Assembly (NCBI RefSeq): GCF_046119375.1
Contig: NW_027362771.1
Span: forward strand, 389,608,001 to 389,672,000
Direction of reading: 5' to 3'
Length of the DNA: 64,000 bases
DNA from: Phyllobates terribilis
Lineage: Eukaryota
Part shown: in pieces, positions 1 to 13,098 of the stretch
Numbering within the stretch: the stretch's first letter is position 1
Layout: every line of letters starts with the position of its first letter
The notes under the pieces: generated by a model
Databases searched by the model: none
What the model was told of the DNA's origin: nothing
The model's input: only the letters and a program-made list of their open reading frames with translations
Position numbers and translations under genes: made by a program

Positions 1-2570
1 ACCAGACCCCTGGGGTGCCACACATGGCTCTTGTAAGGGGCATTGCAGTTCCTCATAATTTTTGGAAAGTCTTCCATTCACTGCTTAGGCCAACAGTGCA
101 CGGGAGACCCAGTTGCTATAAATGGAAAAAAAGGTTTAGTTAATGCCCTCTGACCTCCATGTCATTTCCAAGGGGCATTGGAGTGGCTCAAAATTTTTGG
201 TAGGCATTGCACTCACTGTATGCCCTATAACTGTGTAGCCGAACCGCTCCTTTTGTTACAGAAACATATCCTACAAGACATATCTGGTTGACTGGCCTGA
301 TATTGATGTGAATGGTCCCTGTTCCTCCTGCTCTTTCTCCTTTGCCACTACCTCATCCATAATTTATCACCTGAAGCTTTGTTTTAACGGGAGTCATAGA
401 ACTTGGATAGTAGCAGGAAAACATCCAGCAATCCTCGGAGGAGGTAGGATATGCGCTAAAACGCTGACCACCTCAGGCCTAGCCGCTACTACATACATGC
501 GCTTGCATTCCAACAAAACAAAGCAGATGCTAACTTCTATCATCCTCATCATGCTCCTCACCTTGGCACTCTCAACTCCCCTGATGGAGAAGCCAGGGCC
601 CACCGGAGGAGTCTGATAGTCCGGTGGGCTCGGCCAATGCTGCCCTAAAGCAGGCAAGGCTAAGAAAAGTGTGGGAAAGGTTACCGGGACAAATAGGGGT
701 GGCTGGGGACCGAGTATGGCCACCCCCTGGAGGCTGGGGAGCAAGCGGGGATACCCGGCCACCGGGCGGCTGGGGACTGAGTATGGATACCAGGCCGCCA
801 ACACAGCCATGGCGTGGTGGCCAGATTCCACCTCCACATGCCTAAAAGGCCCAATTTAAAGTGCAAGCAAGCAGTATGGTATTGCAGCCTGGGGGTGGGT
901 GGGTGGCAGGCTGCATACTTGCGCTTGCATTGCAAGGAATGGGAGAGGTACAATTGAACACTGCCCTGGGACAAGGACTTGAATGGGGATAGTTGCAAGT
1001 CTGCAACGACAGGTGCAGGGTGGGAGGCATCTTCGCATGTACTATGAACAGGGGTTTGGCATGCACACACTACAGCGGAATAGGCTCTCCTTCCCACTAA
1101 ATGCACTGGGGAGGGCACAGGTAATGTTTTGGTAAATGCGCTTAATCTTATGTATAAGGCACACCAGGACAAATATGGGCGGCTGGGAACTGAGTATGGA
1201 TACCTCGCTGCCGAAGCAGCCATGAGGTAGTGGCCAGCTTCGGCCTCCTCCAAACTAAAAGGCCCCATTTCAAGTGCAAGCTAGCAGTATGGAATTGCAG
1301 TCTGGGGGTGGGTGGGTGGCAGGCTGCACACTTACACTTGCATTAAAAGAAAACATAGCAGATGCTAACTTCTGTCATCATCATCATGCTCCTCACCTTG
1401 GCACTCTCAACTCCACCGATGGAGAAGTCAGGGCCCACCGGAGGAGTCTGGTTCTCTGGTGGGCTCGTCCAATGCTGCCTAAAGCAGGCCGGGCTAAGAA
1501 AAGTGTGTGGGGGGATGTTCCAAGGAGAAATAGGGGCGGCTGGGGACCGTTTATGGACACCCAGCTGCCCCCAGGTGGCTGGGGACCGTGTGTGGACACC
1601 CGGCCCCGGGGCGGCTGGGGACCCAGTATGGACACCCGACCGCCGGGCGGCTGGGGACTGAGTAGGGATTCCAGGCCGCCAATACAGCCATGACGTGGTG
1701 GCCAGATTCCGCCTCCACATGCCTAAAAGGCCCAATTTCAAGTTCAAGCAAGCAAGCAGTATGGTATTGCAGCCTGGGGGTGGGTGGGTGGCAGGCTGCA
1801 TACTTGAGCTTGTATTGCAAGCAATGGGGGAGGTACAATTGAACACTGCCCTGGGACTAGAACTTGCATGGGGATAGTTGCAAGTCTGCATCTTCTGATG
1901 CGGTAAGGATCACTTATGATGGGCACACTTTTAGACAGTGACCTGGGAGTCTGAGATGCTTCCAGGGGTCTTCCCCATGCTGTTCCCTTGTCTTTTCAGC
2001 ACTTTATGCATGTGTCACACAGCACATGGCCAGATAAGGTTGTAAAATGTTAAAATGACATTTCACGGTGAATGCATTTGTCATAGTTGAAAGCAATACA
2101 AAAGTGCAAAAACGCATAAAAAATGCTACTTGTGAACATGGCCGAAGGTGTGGAGGAGTATTTTTGTTTTTGGTCATTTATTTTAACTTATACACAAGTC
2201 TTTACCCTGGAAAGGATGTTCCTTAACATATTTCACAGGAAAAAAGTTTCACTTTCATTTTTGAACGTTTTATTGTGAGCCTGTAAAAGTGGCTTAATAC
2301 CTCTGACCACGTTGTTGACAGCAGTGACCTGGGGGTCAGAAATGCTTCCTGGGGCGATCCCCATGCTGTCCCCATGTCATTTGAGCACTGTCACTATCGT
2401 TTTGGGCACTTGTTAGGCTTTTAAAAGACTGCCGGGGGTGCCACCGCAAAAATGCTCGAGTCTCCCATAGATTAACATTGGGCTCGTTGCTCGGGTCGAG
2501 CACCCGAGTATCACGGCGAGCTCGGCCTGAGCTTCGAGCACCCGAGCATTTTAGTGCTCGCTCAACACTA
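1..2570 (+). mobile_element. hAT-family element, terminal ~2.6 kb (other end outside window); no transposase recognised in this part
   Basis: Ends in ...GTGCTCGCTCAACACTA (2554-2570) with CTCGAG/CTCGG subterminal repeats. The segment 1940-2570 is the reverse complement of the element starting TAGTGATGAGCGAG at 62501, which carries a hAT transposase fragment. The same TAGTG(A/T)TGAGC terminus has 8-bp TSDs elsewhere in the window (5239, 21269). Confidence 0.75.
520..1890. repeat. Modular internal repeats of the hAT element (duplicated ~500-bp blocks plus ~31-bp GGCTGGGGAC.GAGTATGG units)
   Basis: GCAGATGCTAACTTCT..CATCATGCTCCTCACCTTGGCACTCTCAACTCC occurs at ~523 and ~1357. CCTAAAAGGCCCAATTT..GCAGCCTGGGGGTGGGTGGGTGGCAGGCTGCA occurs at ~841 and ~1721, and partially at ~1255. 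The ORF-track peptides here are repetitive read-throughs. Confidence 0.8.
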
Positions 2571-2639
2571 ATAACAAGCTTTTACTTCTCAGAACATGAG
2601 GTAAAGGAAAAGATGCACAGTCACACAGTACTGCACAAG

Positions 2640-2976
2640 GAAGTAAGAACAAAACAGAAAATACAAGAGAGACTTTTTTTTTCGTTTATAATACAGCAAA
2701 CAAGGAAACTTTACACAACATCGCCATCTACTGTCAGATCAGCATAAAGTCCTCCTTCACACTAAAGAAGTAAACAACTATTGCATATGCCAACACCTCA
2801 TTCCACTGAAAAAATAAAGTTGGATCCAAATGGCCGACTTCAAAATGGCCACCATGGTCACCACCCATCTGGAAAAGTTTTCCCCCTCCCATATACTAAT
2901 GTGCCACAAGCAGGAAGTTGATATCACCAACCATTCCCATTTAATTTAGGTGTATCCATATAAATGGCCCACCCTG
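2640..2976. mobile_element. Tc1/mariner-type MITE terminus
   Basis: Ends GGTGTATCCATATAAATGGCCCACCCTG followed by TA, which looks like a Tc1/mariner TIR. The opposite end was not located. Confidence 0.4.
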
Positions 2977-3792
2977 TAGAATCCAGAAGGTACAGGGCGA
3001 AGACATCTGCAAAATCCAAACAAGTTGGAGGAAATTGAAGCAGGGCAGAGTTTCAGAGAAGTTGGATTAGATAGAGCTTTGAGGCAGGTTTGAATACAAA
3101 ATGATCTCCATTGTGCAATTTGGTAGGATGACCAATAATGGAGCTTAAAGTTCTAGCCACAAAAGCCATGGTGCATCAGAAAGCGGCAAAAATAAAAAAA
3201 AGTTATGTCCGCAATATGAAGTGCTTCAGTCTAAAGAATTACTTTTTTAAACTGGAATTGGACATGAATTTTGAAGCCATTAGTGGAGATGAGTTTTAGA
3301 GGTGTATGAAGAGAAACAAAAGGAACTTTTAACCTTTTGGCTAATGAGAAGTTAGTAAAGTTCTTTGAAGCTCCAGAATCAATAAAAGCTTATTCTTTAT
3401 TCTCAGAGGAATTAAAGATAATGGAAATAGGTACAACAAACTTGACTTTAGTGGAGGGTAGAGTTCACCTCAACGTGATCCCTCCTTTTTCACCAAGGGT
3501 CTAAAATTTCCCTTGAGTTTTGGACATTCCACACAATGATGATCCTTTTCATCACAATAGAGACATAATCCTTTATTCAACTGATGGGATAATTTAGCCT
3601 GTAACAATTTCTTCTGGTCAATTAGTATAGTTTCTTGAGCATTTATCTCTTGACCTTATTTTAAAACATAAGTCCACCCCGTAGCAAGAGAAAACAGATT
3701 GTCAAGTGAAGATGGCAAATCTCTACCAACATTTTAAATTTTTATCTGGCTAGATAGAAAAATGTCAGTAGAACGTCATTATTCCAGGCTTA

Positions 3793-4265
3793 GGGCTCGC
3801 TCACACTGGTGAGTAGCCAACACATAACTCGGACAAGTACTACCCGATGTTTCATCAGATAGCACTCGCTCCAATGATATACTATGGAGCAAGGCTGACT
3901 AGTTTTTATTTTCTCATGCCGAGGCGGCATGAGAAAAAAATATCTCCATGCTGCTATTAGCAGCGTATATCGAAAAACGCGTACCCATACAAGTCTATGG
4001 GTACATGCAAAACAACTGACTGCACTCAGATGTTATCCGAGCAGCCGAATATACGCTGACTCACAAAATGGATAAGATGGACAAATTAAGTTCTTCATCT
4101 TCTCCGCACCTTTCGATCCGATTTTCGCATGCATGAGAATCGAATCACAGTAAAATGACACTCGGCTCACACTTGCAGCAGTGTTTGAGCCGAGAGTGAT
4201 TTATGGCGTTCGATTCTCTCACATAAGAGAATCATCTGATGCTACTCACCATTGTGAGTGAGCCC
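3793..4265. mobile_element. PIF/Harbinger-like MITE
   Basis: TIRs GGGCTCGCTCACAC.. / ..GTGAGTGAGCCC, flanked by TTA on both sides (3-bp TWA TSD). The interior is imperfectly palindromic. Confidence 0.7.
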
Positions 4266-4399
4266 TTATTCTGATGACAAAGTACAAAGCTGTATAGCTT
4301 ACGAGTTAGTCCTTGTCTAAGCTGGACAATAGAGTCAGTGGCAGAACAGATGTGACCAAGCTCATTAAAACTCTATGGAAGGCAAACAGGAAAAAGAAT

Positions 4400-4790
4400 G
4401 CATCATAAGATCATCTAATTCCCGTAATGGTGCAGCTCAAGCCAAGGTATTTCCAAACATAAAAAATGCAACCCTTTTTGTCAAAAGTAAACAGTGGTGG
4501 GCAAAGTTCAAAGCATTGGTTACCAAAGTCCCAGCAGGTTTTAGTGTCACCATTAAAATGGGCAGGAGTTGACACATGTGCAGATGTTCCCATTGAAGAA
4601 TATCCTGAATGTGAGGGTGGATATGGCAGGGGTTGATTAGTTGGATGTATAACAGCAAGAGTTTGACGCAATGTATCCATACAAATTAGGAGATCAAACA
4701 CAGCCTAGATGATCTCCCATTGGCTTATAGCAAGTTATATGACAAGTCCGGATAGATCCTCCATATCCAGCGGCAATGATAATGATGATG
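4400..4790 (-). pseudogene. Degenerate Gypsy (Sushi/RTL-PEG10-like) gag fragment
   Basis: Minus-strand translation PAHFNGDTKTCWDFGNQC-FELCPPLFTFDK, then after a frameshift RVAFFMFGNTLA*AAPLRELDD. This resembles the Sushi-type gag motif P..FDGD...CRGF.NQC..FEL....F..D..KVAF....L.G.ALAWA.PL. Confidence 0.6.
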
Positions 4791-4829
4791 AAGCTGCACC
4801 TTAAGAATCTATTTTGCTATGCACTCACA

Positions 4830-5946
4830 TGGTGAGATGGATTCTCTAAACTGTAGGTCTGGGTGAGTAGCATAGATAGAGAAGATGGTGCAGCAAAGTG
4901 GGTCTTCATGGACAACATGTGGATCAATGAGGACTAGAACAGCAGAATATTCAGGATGGACAATAAACAAGCTAAGCAGGTAGAATAGATAAAGCAAAGC
5001 AAGATGTGCAGATACACATGGAAACAGTAACGGTATAAGAAACTAGTATCTCCTGGAAGGGAAGTGGTTAATCACAGGAATGTCTGGAATATTTCAGAAG
5101 GGCAATGGTTAAACACAGGAGTAACTTCATGTAAATTCATGTTATCTGCCAGCAGGACAATGATTGATAGCAGCAATATAACAGAGAAATAAATGCAATT
5201 TTGTATCTTTCGGCAGGAAAATACTTAAAAGCAGCAAATAGTGATGACCGAGCCTGTATTGTTAACCCTTTCGGCGAGCACTCTTGAGTGCTCACCGAGT
5301 ATTTGCAGCATGCTCGGTATCTGTGTTAGTGTCTCGGCGGATGTATGTGTTACAGCTGTTAAACAGCTGTGACACATGCAGGGATAGCCTAACAAACAGG
5401 CAATCCCTGCAGGTGTCGCAGCTATTTAACAGCCATGACACATGCAGCTGTGACGACACTAACATAGATTCCGAGCACGCCGCAAATACTCGGGTTAAAG
5501 GGTTAACAGTACACGCTCATAGATTCACTAGCAGCAATGTAATGGAAAGGTGAATGCAAACTAGACACACTCTTGATTGCAGAGTCAGGTGTGAACAGGA
5601 CTGAGAATAGTTGCTAGGCATTGATATCTTGCATGGTGAGAGATTGGTATGGACAACACCTAGTTAGTTGGACTGAGCTTGGAAATGACGCTGGTTGTAG
5701 CATTGATGTCAGGAGTAGCAGAAGAGACAATAGACACATCAGCCAAGTGAAGCAAAGGAAATCTCCTGACCGAATTGAGGTAACTGTAGAAATTCGTGAA
5801 CCTGACCTTAACTGGCATAGGGTTATGATGTCAGATGAATTCGCTTAGTTACCTTGGAAAACTGGTGTGGATTACTGCAAAGGGAGTTGGCATAGAAGCG
5901 ATCCATTCCTGGAACTTAAAGCAGGATAGGTGAGTAACTCATACAC
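4830..5946 (-). mobile_element. Probable LTR of the Gypsy relic, interrupted by a hAT MITE
   Basis: Lies immediately 5' of the gag fragment on the minus strand and starts TGTGTATG in that orientation. Boundaries are approximate and there is no partner LTR in the window. Confidence 0.35.
5239..5530. mobile_element. hAT MITE (palindromic, 292 bp)
   Basis: TAGTGATGACCGAGCCTGTATTGTTAACCCTT ... AAGGGTTAACAGTACACGCTCATAGATTCACTA, with 8-bp TSD GCAGCAAA/GCAGCAAT (7/8 identical). Confidence 0.85.
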
Positions 5947-7499
5947 ATTAGATGCTTGTATGTTCCCTCTGAAATCAGCAGACTTTTATTTAATGTATAT
6001 GTGGGCTTTTATACTAGAGAGGATGTCAACCACTGATTAGTCCCACTACACTGATTTCTAAATTCAGAACAAGCAGAGATTTAAATGAACAAAATACAAT
6101 TAGTACTGAGGTTTTTTTTCCCACAAAACTATGTATCAATCTGCCCCCACTTCTCCTGTCCTCTACTATAGCCCATAGATTACCCAGTATCTCTAAGGTG
6201 ACATGTTTCCTTTAAAGCGTCACAACATTGAAGTTTGTTTAAACGTTTCTTTTTTGGTTTATTATGTATCACACTTCCTATCTCATAGTTCTCTTTTGTC
6301 ATGTATGACTATTAACACCCTAATAATTTTTGTGATTGACTGACCAGTACATGTGAGGGTTATTTGATAGATATGTTAAATAATTCATACAAGAAAGCAC
6401 TCAGTTTAAAACACTGAAAAGGTTACAACAGTAATTACCCATAATTCACTTCAATAGCACATAAAATAGACAAATAGCAAAAGTCTACTTGATTAATGTG
6501 ATTACTTTGTTCTTTCTGCCTTTCTTACTGAAAGTACTATGTCATGTGGAGGTAATTGGACTGTTTAGCAAATACATTTTCTAGAAATATTTGATTTTGA
6601 TTAGGTCTATTGTAAATCACTGAAAAAGAAAGAGTAAAGTCAGACTATATCAATACATGTAGATATATGAATATATATATATATATATATATCTGTATTT
6701 GTATAATGGTGCAAGATAAGAGTACTTTTAAAAATAAAATATTTATAGTTTATTTATATAAATTAACAAAATTCAGAGTAATGATCAAAAGAAAGATCTA
6801 TTCTAATCAATATTTGGTGTAACCACCCCCAGCATAAATTCTTACAGCAACACAACTTTTGAATGAACTCATCAGGAAGGTGGGCCCAAACAGCTTAGAG
6901 AACTAACCATAGATCACCTCTGGATGTAGACTTGCGCAAATCCATTTATCTCTTCATGAAATCCCAGACAAACTTAATCAGGGACAAGCTGGGCTGGGGA
7001 TTGGAGAGGCATGTTCCCTGTTAGTCAGTCGCCTAGTAATTGTTTGTGGCTGCTAAGCTGCTGGGTGTTATACTGGCATGTACCTTTAAATCACATGCGG
7101 TCTCATCATAATCCGTAAAAAAAAATGTGACATATTATTTAGATGGCGGAAATAACTGTGTCTTTTACAATGTGAGCACCCTTATTAAGTGTGCATGATT
7201 AAGTACGTACTGTTAAATGATCAACAGTGTAAATATATTTGTGAGCTATACAGTATGCCTGTTCTCAGCAATTGGGAAGATGACTGCTTCAGGGAATTTA
7301 TGGAAAAGTAGGTAATTAGGCTTAACTGATGATAATTTAACCCTAATACATAGATATTTGGAGTCGCTGTTGGGAATGGTAAACTTGGTTGACACTTCTG
7401 AGAATGTCATTATTTGGTGCACTTCTAGTGGGCATTTTATGGTTTTAAAATCACTTAAAATAACTATTGAGAAAATGTAATCTGGTAACTTGAAATATA

Positions 7500-8018
7500 C
7501 CATATTTTTTGGACTATAAGACACACCCCAAATTTTGGGATGGAAAACAGATATTTTTAGCAGATAGGGGTCCGTCTTATAGTCTGAATTGGTATCTTAC
7601 CTGGGGGACGGTGGAGCGGGGGTCACAGGAGGCATGGTGCCTCAGGAAGCCGGTGGCAACAGAAGTGGAGCAATGCTGCAGACCCTGAGTGGGAGAAGGG
7701 GGTGCTCCAGCAGCGGGGGGGTGTGGACTTCCTGAAGCCATGGACCTCAGGGAAATGGCCGCCGAGTTCCCAGTCTGCACATGCACCAGATCGGGTGGCC
7801 ATGTAGAACATGGCTTCAGGAAGATGGCCGCAGCCACCGTAAAAGCAATGCTCTCAGCTCTGCCTGACTGCCGACACTGGCCCTGCAGCATCTCACCACT
7901 TCTGCCGCTGCCAGGGAGACCCTGCGATCCCACCCCACCACCACGTAACTTCCCGATAAGCTACGTTTGGACCATAAGACGCACCCCCCATTTGCGTCTT
8001 ATGTTCCAAAAAATACGG
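7500..8018. mobile_element. TcMar-Tc2 (Kanga-like) MITE
   Basis: TA|CCATATTTTTTGGACTATAAGAC ... GTCTTATGTTCCAAAAAATACGG|TA. The CCGTATTT..TAAGAC termini are characteristic of Tc2/Kanga elements; TA TSD. Confidence 0.8.
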
Positions 8019-8031
8019 TAAGTACTGTATA

Positions 8032-9669
<1,638 letters not shown>

Positions 9670-9683
9670 TATGTAATAAGCAA

Positions 9684-10256
9684 GGCCCATTCCTTCATTT
9701 GTTAATTTTTTTAATCATTGTGTCTAATGTTATTCTATGAACCACAAACTGAGATTTGCACTAGCTATGATTTATGTCCTTATACCATAAGAGAGCACAT
9801 AGTGCCTGGTTAATTATTTACATTTTTAAGTAATTTTCTTTTTTTGGTTTTGGAGTTTTTATTGATGTTTCTTTCAACAAATTTTAGAAAATGGTGCACG
9901 TGGTTCTTGAAATGTTTGCAAAATCAAAAATGCACTTTTTTTAGTAAGTCACATGTTCCGCTAAAATATTGCAAAATGTGCTCAAAAATTTCAGGTGTAC
10001 ATAAAATTCCATCAGGGTAGGGCGACTGGTATACATTTTGGCAAAATTTATCAACTTTTTAAAAAGTCGCAGTTTCCCAAACATTGGGAAAACAAAAACC
10101 ACACCCATAATTGGAAACATAGAAAAATAAATAAACATATAAAATAAACTTTGAAACACGTGCAAATTGAAAGATGAATTTGGCGCAAATAATTAACAGG
10201 TTAAAAAAACAGTGAACTAGAAAAAAAAGATGGAAGTGCAATAATGAATTAGGCCC
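9684..10256. mobile_element. Probable MITE
   Basis: Imperfect inverted ends GGCCCATTCCTTCATT / AATGAATTAGGCCC and internal inverted motifs. No clear TSD. Confidence 0.35.
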
Positions 10257-10460
10257 ATTATCTATAAATTTTACTGGGATGTTCAGGAAACGTTACTGCA
10301 AAGACTCCTGTAGGGATTCACTCAATGTTACATATTCAATCTTGTTGTATGAAATAAGATTATAATAGACCAATCCTACTAGAGAATTGCCAGTCTTTTA
10401 TTATTCTTCATCACGTTTAAAGATCCACTAGACTAACTACATGAATTTCGTAATACTTGA

Positions 10461-10720
10461 TAACTGAAAAGATGGTAACAAATTGCAAACTTTCGAGACT
10501 ACTCAGGTCTCTTCATCAGGCATAGTATAACACAAAATCTGAATAGTTCTGCTTTACGTCACTTGTCTCATCTATTGCTTTATTTCTGTGTCTTGCTGTG
10601 TATAAATATGTGACTCATATTTTGTGTTATACTATGCCTGATGAGACCTGAGTAGTCTCGAAGGCTTGCAATTTGTTACCATCTTTTCAGTTAGCCATTA
10701 TAAGGTATCAACCACTGAGG
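10461..10720. mobile_element. Penelope-like pseudo-LTR pair in inverted orientation, with hammerhead-like cores
   Basis: Arms 10461-10543 and 10615-10692 are reverse complements. Each contains CTGATGA-(A)GAGAC-CTGAGTA-GTCTC-GAA(A/G). Confidence 0.65.
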
Positions 10721-11028
10721 ACTCTCAAATCAAAATATTTTTCTATCTACTGGCTAACACAGTACAAAGATATATATATATAATACTTAATAAAACTGTG
10801 ATAGCCAGGGGCATTAGTACTGCAGTCGCAGAGGGTGAGACCATGCCGGAAGAAAGTGGCCAGATGACGCTAGCCTTGTTTTCAGCTGAAATGATTTGTA
10901 GAGCAAAGAGCCACTGACTCCTTGCACTGCAGTAGCGATACATGCCACGAGTCAATCAGAAGCCAGCAGTTAACTTCAGCATGCTTATTGTAAAGACTTT
11001 ATTACAGGACGGGGCCACGATTGGGGAC

Positions 11029-11622
11029 TGTCACAGGTTTACCATGGCAGAGAGGGGCCAGAAGACCACAGCGTCTGATTTCATGTGCTCTTGCACTGAT
11101 CAAGAGCACTTCTCCTTCATATTAAACGGTACAGATTTAGCAGTGCATGAATTAATCTGTTCAGCTTGGAATCTCTGAGGCTTTCCAGCTTGGATGATCT
11201 CAGCTGTTCAGTACTGGCCACTCCCCTCTCCTATATATACTCTCCTCTGGCAATCTGGTACTGCCTGGTGAGGAGTGGAGAAGTCGGTTGTTGTTAGAGG
11301 CATTTGGAATTTTTATCTTTGACTGTTGTTAGGTGTTTCGGCTGTGTGCAAATCTTCATCCTCTTCTATTTAGTTTCCCGTGCTTTTCTCTCTGGTGTTC
11401 CTCTTTGTTGTCTGTGAGTGCTTATTTGTATATGATTGGTATTTTCAGTTACCCTGTATGTCCTTCCTTGTTTGTCTGGTTTGTGTATATACATACACTA
11501 TTACTCCCCACTTCCCTGGGTGGTGGAGGGGGACAGATATAGGGCTGATTGAGGAGTCCCCTAGCATTAGGGACAGGAAAGGAGCCTCTGGCTCTGGGTA
11601 ATCTGACAACAGAATCGTGACA
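11029..11622. mobile_element. Solo LTR (594 bp)
   Basis: TGTCAC...GTGACA termini, perfect 5-bp TSD GGGAC on both sides, internal TATATA box. Sits inside a GGGGACATTATTAC-type short repeat. Confidence 0.9.
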
Positions 11623-11789
11623 GGGACATTAATACTGTAAGGGTGCCAGGATCATGGACATTATTACATATGGGCGCAAGGATGGGGAACATGATGTCAG
11701 CATGGTGGCCAAAATGGAGGTCATTATTACAGTACGGGGGACATTATTACAGGTTGGGGACCAAGATGGATGACAGGAAGGATATGGAT

Positions 11790-12880
11790 ATGCCAATCAT
11801 CAAAATCCACTGCTGATGGCTGTCTTTGAAATTGCCAACCAATGATGTCTCAGATATACTCGATGGGAGTCAGGTCCAGAGATCATGGTAGTATGCTTAG
11901 ACCATGCAGGCTGCTTACAGTCGCAAGAGCAACACACAGTCAGACATTGTCTTTTAAAATGGTTGTCTTGTAAAAAAGACTAAAGGGGTCCAGTTACCAT
12001 ACATTATGCAATATCACATTTTTATTTCAGGAGTAGGACTTGGGTGATGTTTACCCATGATGTTTGCTCTTCGCATTGCCAATGTGTCTTGTTAGATGTG
12101 AAGAATGGCACATAGTAATCCACTCTATACTGGAAATTAATGTAGACATCACATATGAAGCCTAAGATGTTAAAAGTTGTCTGTAAAAACTCCGAAGACA
12201 TTTGCACAACATTTTTTATGAGCCAAAAGTTCAATATAGATGTTCCATTGGTCTCACACCACAGTTCTCAAAATGTATCATGGTGCAGAGCAAGGCTGGA
12301 ATGGAGGCCTAACTTCTTCAGCTCCGAGTCTCAATTTTGTCTCCATAAAATGGTAGCCAGAGATTAGGGTTTATAGACCAAGTGGGCAACCCAATGAAAA
12401 AACCTTCACGAGGAAACATAAAAAAATGTCCCAGGAGCCATTTTTTACATGACAATGCCAATGCTCTTGTTGCTTGTGCTACTGTGAGCAGCCTGTGTAG
12501 AATAAACATGCTATCTTGGCCTGCAGCATCTCCAAACTTGTCGCCCATTTTGCATATATGAGACGTCACTGGTCTGCACTGCAATTGCAAATTGAGCTGC
12601 CAGCAGCAGATATTGATGATTTGTGTAACCAAGTGCATTCACTGTGGCAGAAAACTCCTTAGACAACCATAAATAACCTCCTTAATATAATGTCAAGACA
12701 TGTAAGTGCGTGTATGTCTGCACATGGCACTCATACTTGATACAGAAAAAATCAAAATGTTTTGAAAATGTTGTTTCCATTTTTATATAATTTGCATATC
12801 ATTAATATGCTTATCGATCCTTTGATTTTTGTAATTTCATTACTGTTACTTCTTGGTTTAGCAATTTTAATGTTGAGGCT
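11790..12880. mobile_element. Old Tc1 relic with transposase C-terminal remnants in both orientations
   Basis: Plus strand 12440-12740 reads FLHDNANALVA..LSWPAASPNLSPILHI*DV..VHSLWQKTP*TTINNL..SRHVSACMSAHGTHT. Minus strand 11800-11900 reads LDLTPIEYI*DIIG. A TIR-like end CTTGGTTTAGCAATTTTAATGTTGAG lies near 12850-12876. Confidence 0.6.
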
Positions 12881-13098
12881 TGCGGGTCCATGATGTGTGC
12901 CTTGTGAATGTATGCCAGCTTGGACACTTTTACTAAGGGCAACATTGGCCTGAAACACCTAATAATGTAAATCTCTTCCTTTATGGTCTATATATTTTTA
13001 ATATAAGTTTAAATAAACATTTATGGCAACTTGGTGCATTAGCACTACGTCTAGCAAGCATCTATGAAGAGAAGGTCTTTAGATGGGGACTTTCGTAA

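Noticed and set aside
308-1926. Many 60-195 aa ORFs on both strands
   Set aside because: They are read-throughs of GC-rich internal repeats of the hAT element, with no recognisable domain.
6810-7020. Possible very old Tc1 3' fragment
   Set aside because: Resemblance is too weak to translate a convincing motif or define ends.
7268-7312. Candidate 39-nt exon (CAG|CAATTGGGAAGATGAC..GGAAAA|GTAGGT; peptide NWEDDCFREFME)
   Set aside because: No recognisable protein and no neighbouring exons. It cannot be distinguished from chance without RNA data.
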